Shown here piece by piece: positions 1 through 10,115 of a stretch of DNA of 64,000 nucleotides. Numbering within the stretch: the stretch's first letter is position 1; each line of letters starts with the position of its first letter. Source of the DNA: Gammaproteobacteria bacterium (lineage in GTDB: Bacteria > Pseudomonadota > Gammaproteobacteria > Eutrophobiales > Eutrophobiaceae); assembly GCA_965221695.1 (NCBI GenBank), contig OZ244905.1, forward strand, positions 2,016,001 through 2,080,000, given 5' to 3'. The notes beneath the pieces are model-generated. The model was not told where the DNA came from, searched no databases, and was given only the letters and a program-made list of their open reading frames with translations. The position numbers were made by a program, and so were the translations under genes.

Positions 1-1152
1 GAAGCAGACGCCGTCCTGTGGGTGACTGACGGCCGCGCAGGTCTCACCGCCGGGGATTTGGAACTTGCCGAAATCATGAGGACTCTGACCAAGCCGGTTT
101 TTTTTGTGGTCAATAAAACCGACGGTCTCGGACCTGATCACGCGCTTGCCGAGTTCCACGCCATCGGCGGGTTCGCTGCGCCAGTTCCCATTTCGGCGAA
201 AACAGGAGAAGGGACCGTCAGGCTGCTGGAAATCATCATGAATGCTTTTCCGCAAACAGCCGTATTGCCGAAAGAAAACCCTGACATCGTCAGGGTATCC
301 ATTATCGGACGGCCCAATGTCGGTAAATCGACTCTACTCAATCGGATTATCGGAGAAGACAGGGCGCTGACCTCGTCGTTGCCGGGGACTACCCGCGACA
401 GCATTACAACGCGCTTTCACCGCAGGCGCGCTGATTACCAGTTCACTGACACGGCTGGTATCCGCAGGCGCAGCAAAGTCGCCGACAAAATTGAGAAATT
501 CAGCGTTGTAAAAAGCCTTCTAGCTATTGAAACATGCCACGTCGCAATACTTGTGACAGACGCCCGGGATACCATTTCCGAACAGGACCAGACATTGCTG
601 GGATTGATAAACCAGGCTGGAAAAGCGCTGATCATCGCCGTCAATAAATGGGACGGACTGAGCCCTTCGCAAAAATCAACGATTAAGAGACAGCTCGAAA
701 GAAAAACAGGATTTGCCGATTATGCGCGTATCCACTACATATCGGCTTTGCATGGAACGGGGGTAGGGAAACTGTTTGACAGCATTGATAAAATTACCCG
801 ATCATGGCAGCAGGATTTCAACGCTTCCAGCCTCACTGCTTTTTTGAATGAAGCATCGACAGCAAATCCTCCACCCATGGCGCGTGGCCGTCGCATCAAA
901 CTCAAGTATGCCCACCTCGGTGGGTATAACCCCATCCGCATCATCATCCATGGCAATCAGACCCAGGACATCCCGACGCATTACCGCCGCTATTTAGCCA
1001 ATTATTACCGCACAAGAATGAAGTTGACGGGAACGCCGGTGTTTATTCAGTTCAGGCGCGGCGATAACCCCTACAAAACAATCCGCAACACCCTCACCAG
1101 ACGCCAGCAACGCAAGCGTCGACGCCTGATCGAACATTCGAGAAAAAAATGA
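1..1152 (+). CDS. der: Ribosome biogenesis GTPase Der (EngA), 5'-truncated by window edge
   Basis: End of first G domain (VVNKTD), second G domain GRPNVGKS / DTAG / VNKWD, C-terminal KH-like domain (GRRIKLKYAHLGG...YRRYL). Confidence 0.96.
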   Translation, partial: EADAVLWVTDGRAGLTAGDLELAEIMRTLTKPVFFVVNKTDGLGPDHALAEFHAIGGFAAPVPISAKTGEGTVRLLEIIMNAFPQTAVLPKENPDIVRVSIIGRPNVGKSTLLNRIIGEDRALTSSLPGTTRDSITTRFHRRRADYQFTDTAGIRRRSKVADKIEKFSVVKSLLAIETCHVAILVTDARDTISEQDQTLLGLINQAGKALIIAVNKWDGLSPSQKSTIKRQLERKTGFADYARIHYISALHGTGVGKLFDSIDKITRSWQQDFNASSLTAFLNEASTANPPPMARGRRIKLKYAHLGGYNPIRIIIHGNQTQDIPTHYRRYLANYYRTRMKLTGTPVFIQFRRGDNPYKTIRNTLTRRQQRKRRRLIEHSRKK

Positions 1153-1265
1153 TGTATTGCAGAAAATTGCATTCAACTAAAGCCGCATGATCAGTACGTA
1201 GCTGACACCGGCGGCACGTCACTGTTGGCATAAACCAGGATATATCTCAGTACCACTCCCGGGAT

Positions 1266-1300
1266 TTAAGGAATCTCTGATTAAGTCAGAGTTTCCTTAA
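1266..1300. repeat. Short palindromic repeat, GGAACCTCTGA family; supplies bamC stop codon
   Basis: TTAAGGAATCTCTGATTAAGTCAGAGTTTCCTTAA is an imperfect palindrome; related copies at 4559, 18408, 29244, 36089, 38977 and 41539. Confidence 0.85.
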
Positions 1301-2364
1301 TTAATTATCGGATAGCGGTCGCGGATCAACGCCAGCATGCGGGCGGCTTCATCGGTAGCTTCCCATTCGTTATCTTCGTTGACTACGATCAACTCGGTTC
1401 TGTTGCCGACACCAGTCAGACTGATCTGCCAGGAAGCATTGGCATCTTTGCCTCCTTTCCAAAAAGCCAGCTTGGAGAAAAAGCCTTTCTTCTCGCGGCG
1501 TTGTGGAGCGTCGCCGGTAACCGTGTAGAAACCTTTGGCCTGGTCGACATCGACAATCTGCAGCCCGCTACTGCGCAGGGCGACACCGGTATTTTTCCAA
1601 GCCAGTTCCAGGGTTTCGGGTATGCTCAGGTACATCTTTCCCTCGCCGGCATCGACTACCCGTAGCGCCTGATCCAGCCCGGCTAGGGTCGCAGCATCAG
1701 GGACCGCGCCAGCAGCAATAGCGGTTGCGGGCCCGCCTGCCTGCCCGCCAGCATCAATAAAGAGACTGAGATTGGCTGCAAACTGTCTCTCCAGCGCGTT
1801 GTCCTTGCCCCGATCCAACCAGTTAGAGTTTTCATCGAGCCGGGTCTGGCGCTGCTGGCTGATGATCAGAACAGAAGCCTCCGGGGTCGCGCCGGGTTCG
1901 GCAAAAACCCTGTATTTATACCGATATTGCAGTCCTGTCTGCTCATCGATCTGTGACCAACCGGTCTCAAGCACGCCAAGCTTTTCATCCTCCAGTTCAA
2001 TAGCATAATTTTTCGACTCGATAAATTCGATCAGCGTTGGCCACAGTTGCGCTACAGGGATGGACAGTGATAACAACTGCTCGTCAGCCTCCGTCATGCT
2101 AAGACTTGTTTCCTTTCTTAACGGCGCGCGCGGGTTTTTGTAACGGGACAGGGTCACTGGCGCTTCGTTCGGGATTCCCATGGAGTCATTGATGGCGTCA
2201 GCCGTCAGATCCGGCGGGATTTCCAGGTCTGGCATGCTTTCGCTTTTTTTGTATTCACTCTTTTTGTCGGGAAGGAGTTTGCCGACATCGGGCATATACG
2301 CGCAAGACGCCAGGAAAATTATCCCGAACACGCCTGTCGCTATGGTTAAAAGCGTTGTTTTCAT
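1297..2364 (-). CDS. bamC: Outer membrane protein assembly lipoprotein BamC (NlpB/DapX family)
   Basis: Lipobox LASC, LEIPPDL motif, GVLETGW; overlaps the dapA stop as in the conserved dapA-bamC operon. Confidence 0.88.
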   Translation of the reverse strand: MKTTLLTIATGVFGIIFLASCAYMPDVGKLLPDKKSEYKKSESMPDLEIPPDLTADAINDSMGIPNEAPVTLSRYKNPRAPLRKETSLSMTEADEQLLSLSIPVAQLWPTLIEFIESKNYAIELEDEKLGVLETGWSQIDEQTGLQYRYKYRVFAEPGATPEASVLIISQQRQTRLDENSNWLDRGKDNALERQFAANLSLFIDAGGQAGGPATAIAAGAVPDAATLAGLDQALRVVDAGEGKMYLSIPETLELAWKNTGVALRSSGLQIVDVDQAKGFYTVTGDAPQRREKKGFFSKLAFWKGGKDANASWQISLTGVGNRTELIVVNEDNEWEATDEAARMLALIRDRYPIIN

Positions 2365-3251
2365 AAAAGAACCTCTGCTTGTTTCATTGCCGCCTCAACC
2401 TCGGCACGATATTCCTCGGACAGCCAGGTCATGGGCAAACGAATACCGTCCTCAACCAGACCCAGGCGTTGTGCGGCCCACTTGGCGGGTATCGGATTAG
2501 ACTCCAGAAACAGGGATTGGTGCAATCCCAATAATTTAGCATCCAGCGCCTTGGCTGCGTTCCGCTCTCCGGCTATCGCCAACCGGCATAATTCGCTCAT
2601 TGCTGCCGGCGCCACATTGGCAGTCACGGATATTACACCATCGCCACCCAGCAGCATAAAATCGCATGCCGTTTCATCATCGCCGCTCAATAGTAGAAAA
2701 TCGTCTCCGCAATCTTCTCGTATGGTTTTGACCCGATCCAGACTGCCTGTGGCTTCCTTGATGCCGATGATATTATCTATCCTTGAAAGCCTGGACACTG
2801 TTTCCGGCAACATATCACAGGCTGTGCGTCCCGGCACATTATATAGTATCTGCGGTATGGAAACACTTCCGGCAACCGTCTTGAAATGCTCGTAAAGGCC
2901 CACCTGGGTTGGCTTATTATAATATGGCGTAACCAGCAAGCAGGCATCGGCGCCTGCCTGCTTTGCATATGCCGTCAGCTCCATGGCTTCAATGGTTGAA
3001 TTTGCCCCGGTACCGGCGATGACAGGTATGCGTTTAGCGACGATGTCCACGACTTGCTTGATAACCTGACAGTGTTCTTCCGGCATCAGGGTAGCCGATT
3101 CACCCGTAGTGCCCACAATGACGACGCCGTCGGTATTCTGCTCAATGTGGTACTCGAGCAGGCGCGCCATGCTCTCCATATCCAAGGGCGTATCGGCCCT
3201 CACGCCGCTCTTCATGGGGGTGATAATAGCGACCAGACTACCTGTGAACAT
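2361..3251 (-). CDS. dapA: 4-hydroxy-tetrahydrodipicolinate synthase
   Basis: MFTGSLVAIITP start, GTTGES, YNVPGRT, catalytic K in GIKEATG; upstream extension of the ORF track overlaps gcvR and is spurious. Confidence 0.97.
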   Translation of the reverse strand: MFTGSLVAIITPMKSGVRADTPLDMESMARLLEYHIEQNTDGVVIVGTTGESATLMPEEHCQVIKQVVDIVAKRIPVIAGTGANSTIEAMELTAYAKQAGADACLLVTPYYNKPTQVGLYEHFKTVAGSVSIPQILYNVPGRTACDMLPETVSRLSRIDNIIGIKEATGSLDRVKTIREDCGDDFLLLSGDDETACDFMLLGGDGVISVTANVAPAAMSELCRLAIAGERNAAKALDAKLLGLHQSLFLESNPIPAKWAAQRLGLVEDGIRLPMTWLSEEYRAEVEAAMKQAEVLL

Positions 3252-3471
3252 GGATTTCATCTGTAATAATATTAAACCGGTCTCCCGATTGCTCGGGAAT
3301 GGAAAAGTTTGTGTTTGGGCTGCATGATCAACACCTTTTCGGGTATAATGGGGAAATATGTCTGTTGCTGTATACTGGTATTCTTTCCAGAACAATATGG
3401 TACTTGTCCGATTTGCTGATGACAAGAAAATAAGGTTTGCCCCATAAGGATGCTTCACCCGGATTACAAAA

Positions 3472-3999
3472 ATGATACAGTTCCTCGCCCTCACCGTAAT
3501 CGGTAAATACGACCCTGCTCTACCGGAACGACTGACCGGCGTTATCGCAGAGGCCGGCTGTAATATCCGGGAAAGCCGAATAACTATACTTGGGCAGGAA
3601 TTTTCCATGCTGTTGCTACTTTCCGGTAACTGGAATGCTGTAGTAAAAGTGGAAGACGCCCTCAACAGGCAGGGGGAGGAACAGGATATAACCATCAACA
3701 TGCGCCGTACCGAGCTGAACAAATCTCAAAAAAACCTGATGCCTTATGCCATTGACGTCGTATGCAGCGACCGCATCGGCGTGGTTAACCGGATAACCCG
3801 TTTTATCCTGGATAACGGGATCCAGATTCGCGATCTATCCACGACGACTTACGAAGCGTCTCACACCGGCACCGAGATGTTTTCACTGCACCTGACGATT
3901 CACGTGCCGGTGGAGATCTCCATTTCGTCATTGCGCAACGATTTCCTGGAGTTCTGCGACCAGTTGAACCTGGACGCAATCATAGAACCGGTGAAATAA
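3472..3999 (+). CDS. gcvR: Glycine cleavage system regulator GcvR (two ACT domains)
   Basis: AGCNIRESR, SGNWNAVVK, DRIGVV ACT motifs; conserved dapA/gcvR/bcp synteny. Confidence 0.9.
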   Translation: MIQFLALTVIGKYDPALPERLTGVIAEAGCNIRESRITILGQEFSMLLLLSGNWNAVVKVEDALNRQGEEQDITINMRRTELNKSQKNLMPYAIDVVCSDRIGVVNRITRFILDNGIQIRDLSTTTYEASHTGTEMFSLHLTIHVPVEISISSLRNDFLEFCDQLNLDAIIEPVK

Positions 4000-4093
4000 G
4001 AACCGCTTTCGAGGCTAAGGAAGCTCAGACATTAATCACACCCCTGCGGATTGTAAACAGGGGTCTGTCCCCAACAAAACTGGAGAATTCAGT

Positions 4094-4561
4094 ATGAATA
4101 CAATAAACACGGGCGCTACGGTACCGGATTTCGAACTTCCCGCTACCGGCGACAAAACCATCCGGCTATCGGAACTCAAAGGAAAAAACGTGGTCATCTA
4201 CTTCTATCCCAAGGACAGCACGCCAGGTTGCACCCTTGAAGGGCAGGATTTCCGAGACAACATCGAAGCATTTTCAGAGCACAATACGGTGATACTCGGT
4301 GTTTCCAGGGACAATATCAAGTCTCACGAAAAATTCAAATCGAAGCAGTCGTTCCCGTTTGACCTGCTGTCAGACGAAGCGGAGGAGTTATGCGCGCTGT
4401 TCGACGTGATCAAGGAAAAAAACATGTATGGCAAGAAAGTGATGGGGATTGAACGCAGCACGTTCCTGCTGGATGAAACCGGCAAACTGCGCAATGAGTG
4501 GCGCAAGGTCAAGGTGAAAGGGCACGTGAACCAGGTGCTCGACGCGGTTAAATCTCTCTAA
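4094..4561 (+). CDS. bcp: Peroxiredoxin Bcp
   Basis: YFYPKDSTPGCT, GIERSTF. Confidence 0.95.
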   Translation: MNTINTGATVPDFELPATGDKTIRLSELKGKNVVIYFYPKDSTPGCTLEGQDFRDNIEAFSEHNTVILGVSRDNIKSHEKFKSKQSFPFDLLSDEAEELCALFDVIKEKNMYGKKVMGIERSTFLLDETGKLRNEWRKVKVKGHVNQVLDAVKSL

Positions 4562-4591
4562 GGAACCTCTGATTAAGTCTCAGAGATTCCC
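4559..4591. repeat. GGAACCTCTGA-family palindrome overlapping bcp stop; between convergent genes
   Basis: TAAGGAACCTCTGATTAAGTCTCAGAGATTCC. Confidence 0.8.
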
Positions 4592-4606
4592 AAAGCGCTA
4601 TCCGGG

Positions 4607-5680
4607 TCAAGCGCTTGCTTCCGGCAAGTGTTCTTCGCTGGTCGGCCAGACATTGATCAATGCCTTGACCAGGGTTGCCAGCGGTATCGCAAAGAATACG
4701 CCCCAAAAACCCCATAATCCGCCAAATACAAGTATCGCGACGATAATCGCCACCGGATGCAGGTTAACAACATCCGAAAACAGGATGGGTACCAGGACGT
4801 TGCCGTCCAAGAACTGCAAAATGAAATAGGCCACGACCAGCCAGATAAAGATCGGGTCAAACCCCCACTGGAAATAGGCAACCAACGCAACAGGTAGCGT
4901 TACCACGGCGGCGCCGATATACGGGATCAGCACAGACAACCCCACGGTGATGGACAGCAGCGAGGCATAATTCAACCCGAACAACTTGAACACAATATAG
5001 GATGTCGTCCCCACGATGGCGATCTCATAAACCTTGCCACGTATGTAATTTCCAATTTGTGCGTCCATTTCCTGCCACAGGTCACTGACCAGGGTACGGT
5101 CGCTAGGCAGAAATCGGCTCAACCAGTTCAGCACCGTGTCCTTGTCCTTCATTAGAAAAAAGATCATCAAGGGCACCAGGATCACGTATATCAGAACGGT
5201 GATAATGGCAGGGATTGATGCCATAGAAACAGACACGAGCCCCTGGCCGAAGTCACCGACTCCGCGACGCAGGGCAAGAACTATCTCGTTAACCAGTTCG
5301 GCAGAAATAATTTCGGGATACTGCACCGGCAGACGCAGCAACAGTTCCTGGCCGCGGCTGAGCATACCGGGAAATTCCTGGAAAAACTGGCTAGCCTGCC
5401 CGGACAGGATTGGCAACAGGCCGATGACGATAAAACCCATCACCAGGATAAACAACAGAAATACCACTGAAACGGCGGGAACCCTGGAGATGTTTCTGCT
5501 GGTCAGTTTGTCGACCGGTCCCTCCAGCAGGTAGGCAATGACAACTGCCGCCAACAGCGGCGCCAGCATCTCGCCCATGAAATACATGACGACAAAACAG
5601 AGCGCCAGAAGAATGACTAACAAGGCAGCCTGGGGATCGGTAAAATACCGCTGATACCACTTACTTAGAAAGTCGAACAT
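4607..5680 (-). CDS. perM: AI-2E family transporter (PerM-like)
   Basis: Hydrophobic membrane protein with GNYIRGK, IPYIGA, QFLDGNVLVP, LHPVAII; next to bcp. Confidence 0.88.
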   Translation of the reverse strand: MFDFLSKWYQRYFTDPQAALLVILLALCFVVMYFMGEMLAPLLAAVVIAYLLEGPVDKLTSRNISRVPAVSVVFLLFILVMGFIVIGLLPILSGQASQFFQEFPGMLSRGQELLLRLPVQYPEIISAELVNEIVLALRRGVGDFGQGLVSVSMASIPAIITVLIYVILVPLMIFFLMKDKDTVLNWLSRFLPSDRTLVSDLWQEMDAQIGNYIRGKVYEIAIVGTTSYIVFKLFGLNYASLLSITVGLSVLIPYIGAAVVTLPVALVAYFQWGFDPIFIWLVVAYFILQFLDGNVLVPILFSDVVNLHPVAIIVAILVFGGLWGFWGVFFAIPLATLVKALINVWPTSEEHLPEASA

Positions 5681-5683
5681 TTC

Positions 5684-5791
5684 AACCTGAATATTTCACC
5701 AATTCGCTTGTCAGCATCGGATAGATGTTTGCTATCAATGAGTTATGGTAATCTGTCGGCCATGCTGCCATTACGCAACACGCTAGATGCG
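5684..5791 (+). mobile_element. Truncated half-copy of the 245-bp MITE, in the opposite orientation to the full copies
   Basis: AACCTGAATATTTCACCAATTCGCTTGTCAGCATCGGATAGATGTTTGCTATCAATGAGTTATGG matches the reverse complement of the right part of the copies at 7018 and 15799. Confidence 0.85.
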
Positions 5792-5849
5792 CTATTCGAA
5801 CAAACGATTATTCTACTCCGACAATATGAGGGGTGAAAGCGAAACTTTT

Positions 5850-6896
5850 ATGGAACCGGGCGCACTCGCTGACAGCATAAAGACCTGGGGCAAGGAAATT
5901 GGTTTCCAACAGGTCGGCATCACCGGTGTCGAGTTGGAGGAAGACGAGCGCCGTTTGCTTGACTGGCTCGAGCATGGAATGCACGGAGAGATGGCTTACA
6001 TGGAACGCCACGGCAAAAAACGGTCCAGACCGGAACTGTTGCGGCCCGGCACCATCCGAGTAATTTCCGCGCGCATGGATTACCTGCCGCCCAAGGCCAG
6101 GGACGCGCACACGGCGCTGCAGGAGGGGGATCGAGCATACATATCCCGCTATGCGCTCGGCAGGGATTACCACAAGGTTATGCGCGCACGGTTGAAAAAA
6201 CTGGCGCAACGGATAGAGACAAGCATTGGCCCGTTCGGCTACCGCGTGTTTACCGACTCCGCGCCGGTACTGGAAAAAGCGCTGGCGCGCAACGCCGGGC
6301 TGGGCTGGATCGGCAAACACAGCAACCTGCTGCATCCGCAGGCGGGATCATGGTTCTTTATCGGGGAAATCTATACTGACCTGCCGCTGCCTGTTGACAA
6401 AGAGTTTGCGGGGGAACACTGCGGCGCCTGCACGGCCTGTATCGATGTGTGTCCGACCCGGGCCATCGTCGGTCCTTACCGGGTCGATGCCCGGCGCTGC
6501 ATATCCTACCTGACGATTGAATACCGCGGCAGCATCCCGGAGGAATTCCGCGCGGCGATGAGCAACCGCGTTTACGGCTGTGACGACTGCCAGTTGGTCT
6601 GTCCCTGGAACCGCTTCGCACAGTATTCCTCAGAGCCGGACTACCGACCGCGCCACGGACTCGATGCAGTGAGCCTGGTGGACTGCTTTCTCTGGAGCGA
6701 AAACGAGTTTCTGGAAAAGACGGCGGGCAGCGCGCTCAGGCGTATCGGTTACGAATGCTGGCTGCGAAACCTCGCCGTCGCGCTGGGCAACGCCCCCACC
6801 TCGGCGCCGGTCGTGAATGCCTTGAACCGGCGCAAAGACCACCCCTCTGCCCTGGTGCGCGAACACGTAAACTGGGCATTGGCGCAACATGGATAG
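5850..6896 (+). CDS. queG: Epoxyqueuosine reductase QueG (start uncertain, 5826 or 5850)
   Basis: ISRYALGRDYHKV, DSAPVLEK, CGACTACIDVCP and GCDDCQLVCPWN Fe-S motifs. Confidence 0.96.
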   Translation: MEPGALADSIKTWGKEIGFQQVGITGVELEEDERRLLDWLEHGMHGEMAYMERHGKKRSRPELLRPGTIRVISARMDYLPPKARDAHTALQEGDRAYISRYALGRDYHKVMRARLKKLAQRIETSIGPFGYRVFTDSAPVLEKALARNAGLGWIGKHSNLLHPQAGSWFFIGEIYTDLPLPVDKEFAGEHCGACTACIDVCPTRAIVGPYRVDARRCISYLTIEYRGSIPEEFRAAMSNRVYGCDDCQLVCPWNRFAQYSSEPDYRPRHGLDAVSLVDCFLWSENEFLEKTAGSALRRIGYECWLRNLAVALGNAPTSAPVVNALNRRKDHPSALVREHVNWALAQHG

Positions 6897-6958
6897 AAAC
6901 GAAATGCTGTCCGAAACCCGTTTTTTTATTCCAGCGTTCGACTGTTGAGATTTTCGGG

Positions 6959-7417
6959 CTAGCCGTCTGTTTCAGCTAATAATTCATCAAAAAAAACGTC
7001 GCCCTCAATTGTTGCTTTAGCCCGAATATCTCACCAATTGATGCGATGATCGCTGAGGATTTTTTGTGTTAGCGGGTGCTCGCGACCGAAAGCATAGTGG
7101 TTCTTCTGGTTGAGGGAGCATGTGCCCGCTAACGCAAAAAAGACCAGCGAGGGCGCATCAAGCGCAGTGTGTAATGGCAATATGCTCGGCAGATTATCAT
7201 AACTCATTGATAGCAAACATCAATCGGATGCTGACAAGCGAATTGGTGAGATATTCGGGTTAGCTGCAATCTCTGCTTTTGCGCGTAGCGCTCGCTCTTT
7301 CAGCATTTGCATTTTCAGTTCCTTTATCTTTTCGTAATCATGCATTGATACCATCACGGCCACTGGTTTCCCATTTTTGCTGATTTGCACGGGCGCGGTT
7401 AGTGTATTGTCTCTCAT
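6959..7417 (-). pseudogene. Phd/YefM-family antitoxin interrupted by a MITE, probably also N-terminally shortened
   Basis: APVQISKNGKPVAVMVSMHDYE is a Phd-like core; removing the MITE and one TA restores ...AEIAAKATIEGDVFFDELLAETDG*. Confidence 0.8.
7018..7262. mobile_element. 245-bp MITE copy 1 (TA-flanked, ~20-bp terminal inverted repeats)
   Basis: TA|GCCCGAATATCTCACCAATT ... AATTGGTGAGATATTCGGGT|TA; no transposase inside. Confidence 0.92.
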
Positions 7418-7518
7418 TATAGAAAATAATTTCGCAATAGCTGTTCAAAATCTCAGGTTAGAAAATTATGGTAAAGTCACTGCTTGTAGAGAGCATTTTA
7501 TCGAAGGTGGATTGAGAT

Positions 7519-8415
7519 ATGGGTCAGTCTGGAAAAAGAACAAAAACATCGGCGTTCGGCACGGGTGGGCGCGCAGGGCACGATTCCAGCAGCTTCTATG
7601 CTCAGCGTCTTTATCAGGACCTGCAGGAATGCAATGAGAAAAAAGGCTACTCACCAAACAAGGATAACCATCCTGACCAATTGGATGTGATTCACTGTGC
7701 AGACAGCCGGAACATGCGCCATTTGCCGGACGATTCCGTTCACCTGATGATTACATCGCCACCGTATAACGTCGGCAAGGAATACGACTCAGACTTAACC
7801 TTGTCTGAGTATATGGAGCTGTTGACTGATGTGATGAGAGAGGTCTACCGCGTATTGGTTGAAGGCGGGCGAGCTTGTCTGAATATCGCCAATATAGGGC
7901 GCAAGCCATATATCCCTTTGCACTTGTACCTGACTGAAATCGCGCATGAGTGTGACTTTTTGATGCGCGGTGAAATCATTTGGGACAAGGGTGCGAGCGC
8001 GGGAACATCTTGTGCCTGGGGAAGCTGGCGATCGTCAAGCAATCCAACCCTGCGGGATGTGCATGAGTATATCCTGGTTTTTTGCAAAGGGACTTTCAAG
8101 CGGCAGCCTGTGCGCGAGGACAGCATCGGCCGGGATGATTTTTTGGAGAGCACCAAAAGTATCTGGCGTTTCCCGACCACGAGCGCCAGGAAAGTCAATC
8201 ACCCGGCGCCTTTTCCAGTTGAACTACCGCTTCGGCTTATCCATCTTTACTCCTATATCGATGATATCGTACTGGATCCATTTATGGGGTCAGGCACAAC
8301 GGCCGAAGCAGCTTTACGCGCCGAACGCCATTTTGTCGGTTATGAAATCAATAACGATTATGTTCGGGAATCCAGGGATCGTCTCCAAAATATAACTTTG
8401 CAGATGGAAGAATAA
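7519..8415 (+). CDS. Orphan site-specific DNA methyltransferase, beta class (N4-cytosine likely)
   Basis: Catalytic TSPPY precedes HPAPFP and SAM-binding DPFMGSGTT; no restriction endonuclease adjacent. Confidence 0.92.
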   Translation: MGQSGKRTKTSAFGTGGRAGHDSSSFYAQRLYQDLQECNEKKGYSPNKDNHPDQLDVIHCADSRNMRHLPDDSVHLMITSPPYNVGKEYDSDLTLSEYMELLTDVMREVYRVLVEGGRACLNIANIGRKPYIPLHLYLTEIAHECDFLMRGEIIWDKGASAGTSCAWGSWRSSSNPTLRDVHEYILVFCKGTFKRQPVREDSIGRDDFLESTKSIWRFPTTSARKVNHPAPFPVELPLRLIHLYSYIDDIVLDPFMGSGTTAEAALRAERHFVGYEINNDYVRESRDRLQNITLQMEE

Positions 8416-8416
8416 A

Positions 8417-8537
8417 GCGTCGCCCCCAGGCGACACAATATCTGACTGGACTCCCGCTTCTGCAGGAGTGGTTCAGCGGTGGGGTTCGCAGGAGTGGTAT
8501 GGGGGAATACCCTGGCTAGTGCCAATAGTTAGATGCA
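8417..8537. repeat. dRS3/REP-like repeat cluster
   Basis: GTCGCCC..GGCGAC hairpin, CTGGACTCCCGCTTCTGCAGGAGTGG, terminal GGAATACCCTGGCTAG; related to 11351, 33484, 51805 and 56167. Confidence 0.8.
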
Positions 8538-8577
8538 CTCGGGGCGCGCGGAGCCCTGATTATGAGGACTTAGTCTT

Positions 8578-9354
8578 TCACTCCATGAATGCAAAAATCC
8601 TGGCCTGGGCCTGCGAGGCATCTCTTACCGGCAGCACGCCAATGACTGCAACAGCGCCCACGGCAGGGAGCGCGTTCAGGTTATTCATATTTTCGACCTG
8701 GAACTTGCCGGCCCCCAGGATGAGCTTGTGCACAGGGAAGCTCAGCGCCTTGCCTGGGTCCAGGCTCAAGGTATCGATGCCGATGCCGGCAACATCCCGC
8801 TCCACCAGCAATTGCGCGGCGGCGACGGAAAACCCGGGGAAACGCAACACACCTGCGTCATCCTGGTTGACATACGTCTTGGGTGCAGCAAACTTCTTGT
8901 GCCAACCGGTGTTCATCACTACCAGGCTGCCGGCTCGGACCTGACCGTTAAGTTCCTCCCAGGACAGCACATCCTCTACCGATAATTCGTAGTCGGGGTC
9001 TTGTGCCGCCTGTTCCCGGGTGTCGATCACCAAAACTGGGACGATTAGATCATTTATGCCAAGTTCGTTAACGGCCCGTCGGCCCTGAACGAAGTGCGCC
9101 GGCGCATCGACGTGGGTACCGATGTTTTCCCAAAGAGTAAACCGGTGCATGCGGTAACCTTTGTCATAATCGGCCAGGCGTTCCTTCACGAACGGCGCTG
9201 TGCCCGGCCAGAACGGCATATCGCGGTGAAGCTCATGGGTCAGGTCTATGACATGCCGCGCGAAAAACGGCTGCGCCAGCTCGCTCGGAAATGTAGGAGC
9301 GCTCAAGCACAAGCACAGTAACAACGCGCAGTATTGTAGAGGTTTGTTTTTCAT
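8578..9354 (-). CDS. Cyclase family metal-dependent hydrolase (kynurenine formamidase-like) with signal peptide
   Basis: DLTHEL..MPFWPG, GTHVDAPAH, GIGIDTLS, VEN motif; hydrophobic N-terminus. Confidence 0.88.
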   Translation of the reverse strand: MKNKPLQYCALLLCLCLSAPTFPSELAQPFFARHVIDLTHELHRDMPFWPGTAPFVKERLADYDKGYRMHRFTLWENIGTHVDAPAHFVQGRRAVNELGINDLIVPVLVIDTREQAAQDPDYELSVEDVLSWEELNGQVRAGSLVVMNTGWHKKFAAPKTYVNQDDAGVLRFPGFSVAAAQLLVERDVAGIGIDTLSLDPGKALSFPVHKLILGAGKFQVENMNNLNALPAVGAVAVIGVLPVRDASQAQARIFAFME

Positions 9355-9446
9355 AATCCCACCCGCGTCGGCTAATTATGTGGTTCCGGTTTCAGCGTTT
9401 CCATACTATGATGCAAGCTCTGACTAACTCGGTTCTTTATTCAGGC

Positions 9447-10088
9447 ATGCATCATACATCGTTACGCGAGGCCATCATAGCCGCGGTCCGCTCCCTGCGG
9501 CAGCGCCAACTGGGCACGGGCACAGCCGGCAACGCCAGCGCGCGGATACAGCAAGGCTACCTGATCACGCCTACCGGAATGGATTACGACGCGCTGAATC
9601 CTACGGATATCGTCACCATGGACTTGCGCGGCCAGCGCGCCGAGGGCGACCTGAAACCATCGAGTGAATGGCGTTTTCACCAGGACATCTATATTGCGCG
9701 CAAGGATATACACGCCATTGTGCACACCCATTCTCCCTGCGCCACCGCATTGTCCTGCACCCGCCAGGACTTGCCGGCGTTCCACTACATGGTCGCCGGG
9801 GCTGGCGGCGCCTCCATCCGCTGCGCCGAGTATGCCACCTACGGCACCCAGGCGTTGTCAGACCAGGCGCTGGTTGCGCTGGCCGGGCGCCAGGCCTGCC
9901 TGCTGGCCAATCACGGGGTAATTGCGCTGGGCAACAATGTGGAGACGGCGCTCAACATGGCGCAACTCGTGGAGGAACTGGCCAAGCAATACCTGCTCAG
10001 CCGTATGGCCGGGACTCCCGTGCTGCTGGACGATGGCGAGATGGAGGTCAACCTGGAAAAATTCAAGGATTATGGCAAGCAGGACTGA
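9447..10088 (+). CDS. Class II aldolase/adducin family (FucA/Ald2-like)
   Basis: GTAGNAS, ITPTG, KPSSEWRFH, HTHS, LLANHG Zn ligands. Confidence 0.9.
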   Translation: MHHTSLREAIIAAVRSLRQRQLGTGTAGNASARIQQGYLITPTGMDYDALNPTDIVTMDLRGQRAEGDLKPSSEWRFHQDIYIARKDIHAIVHTHSPCATALSCTRQDLPAFHYMVAGAGGASIRCAEYATYGTQALSDQALVALAGRQACLLANHGVIALGNNVETALNMAQLVEELAKQYLLSRMAGTPVLLDDGEMEVNLEKFKDYGKQD

Positions 10089-10115
10089 ACTCCATCGGCA
10101 GGTCACCGGTTGTTA

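Noticed and set aside
2364-2378. AAGAACCTCTG at the dapA/bamC junction resembling the palindrome-family end
   Set aside because: Single half-site inside coding sequence with no partner arm; may be chance
3252-3722. Long N-terminal extension of dapA in the ORF track
   Set aside because: Overlaps gcvR antisense; DapA homology begins at MFTGS
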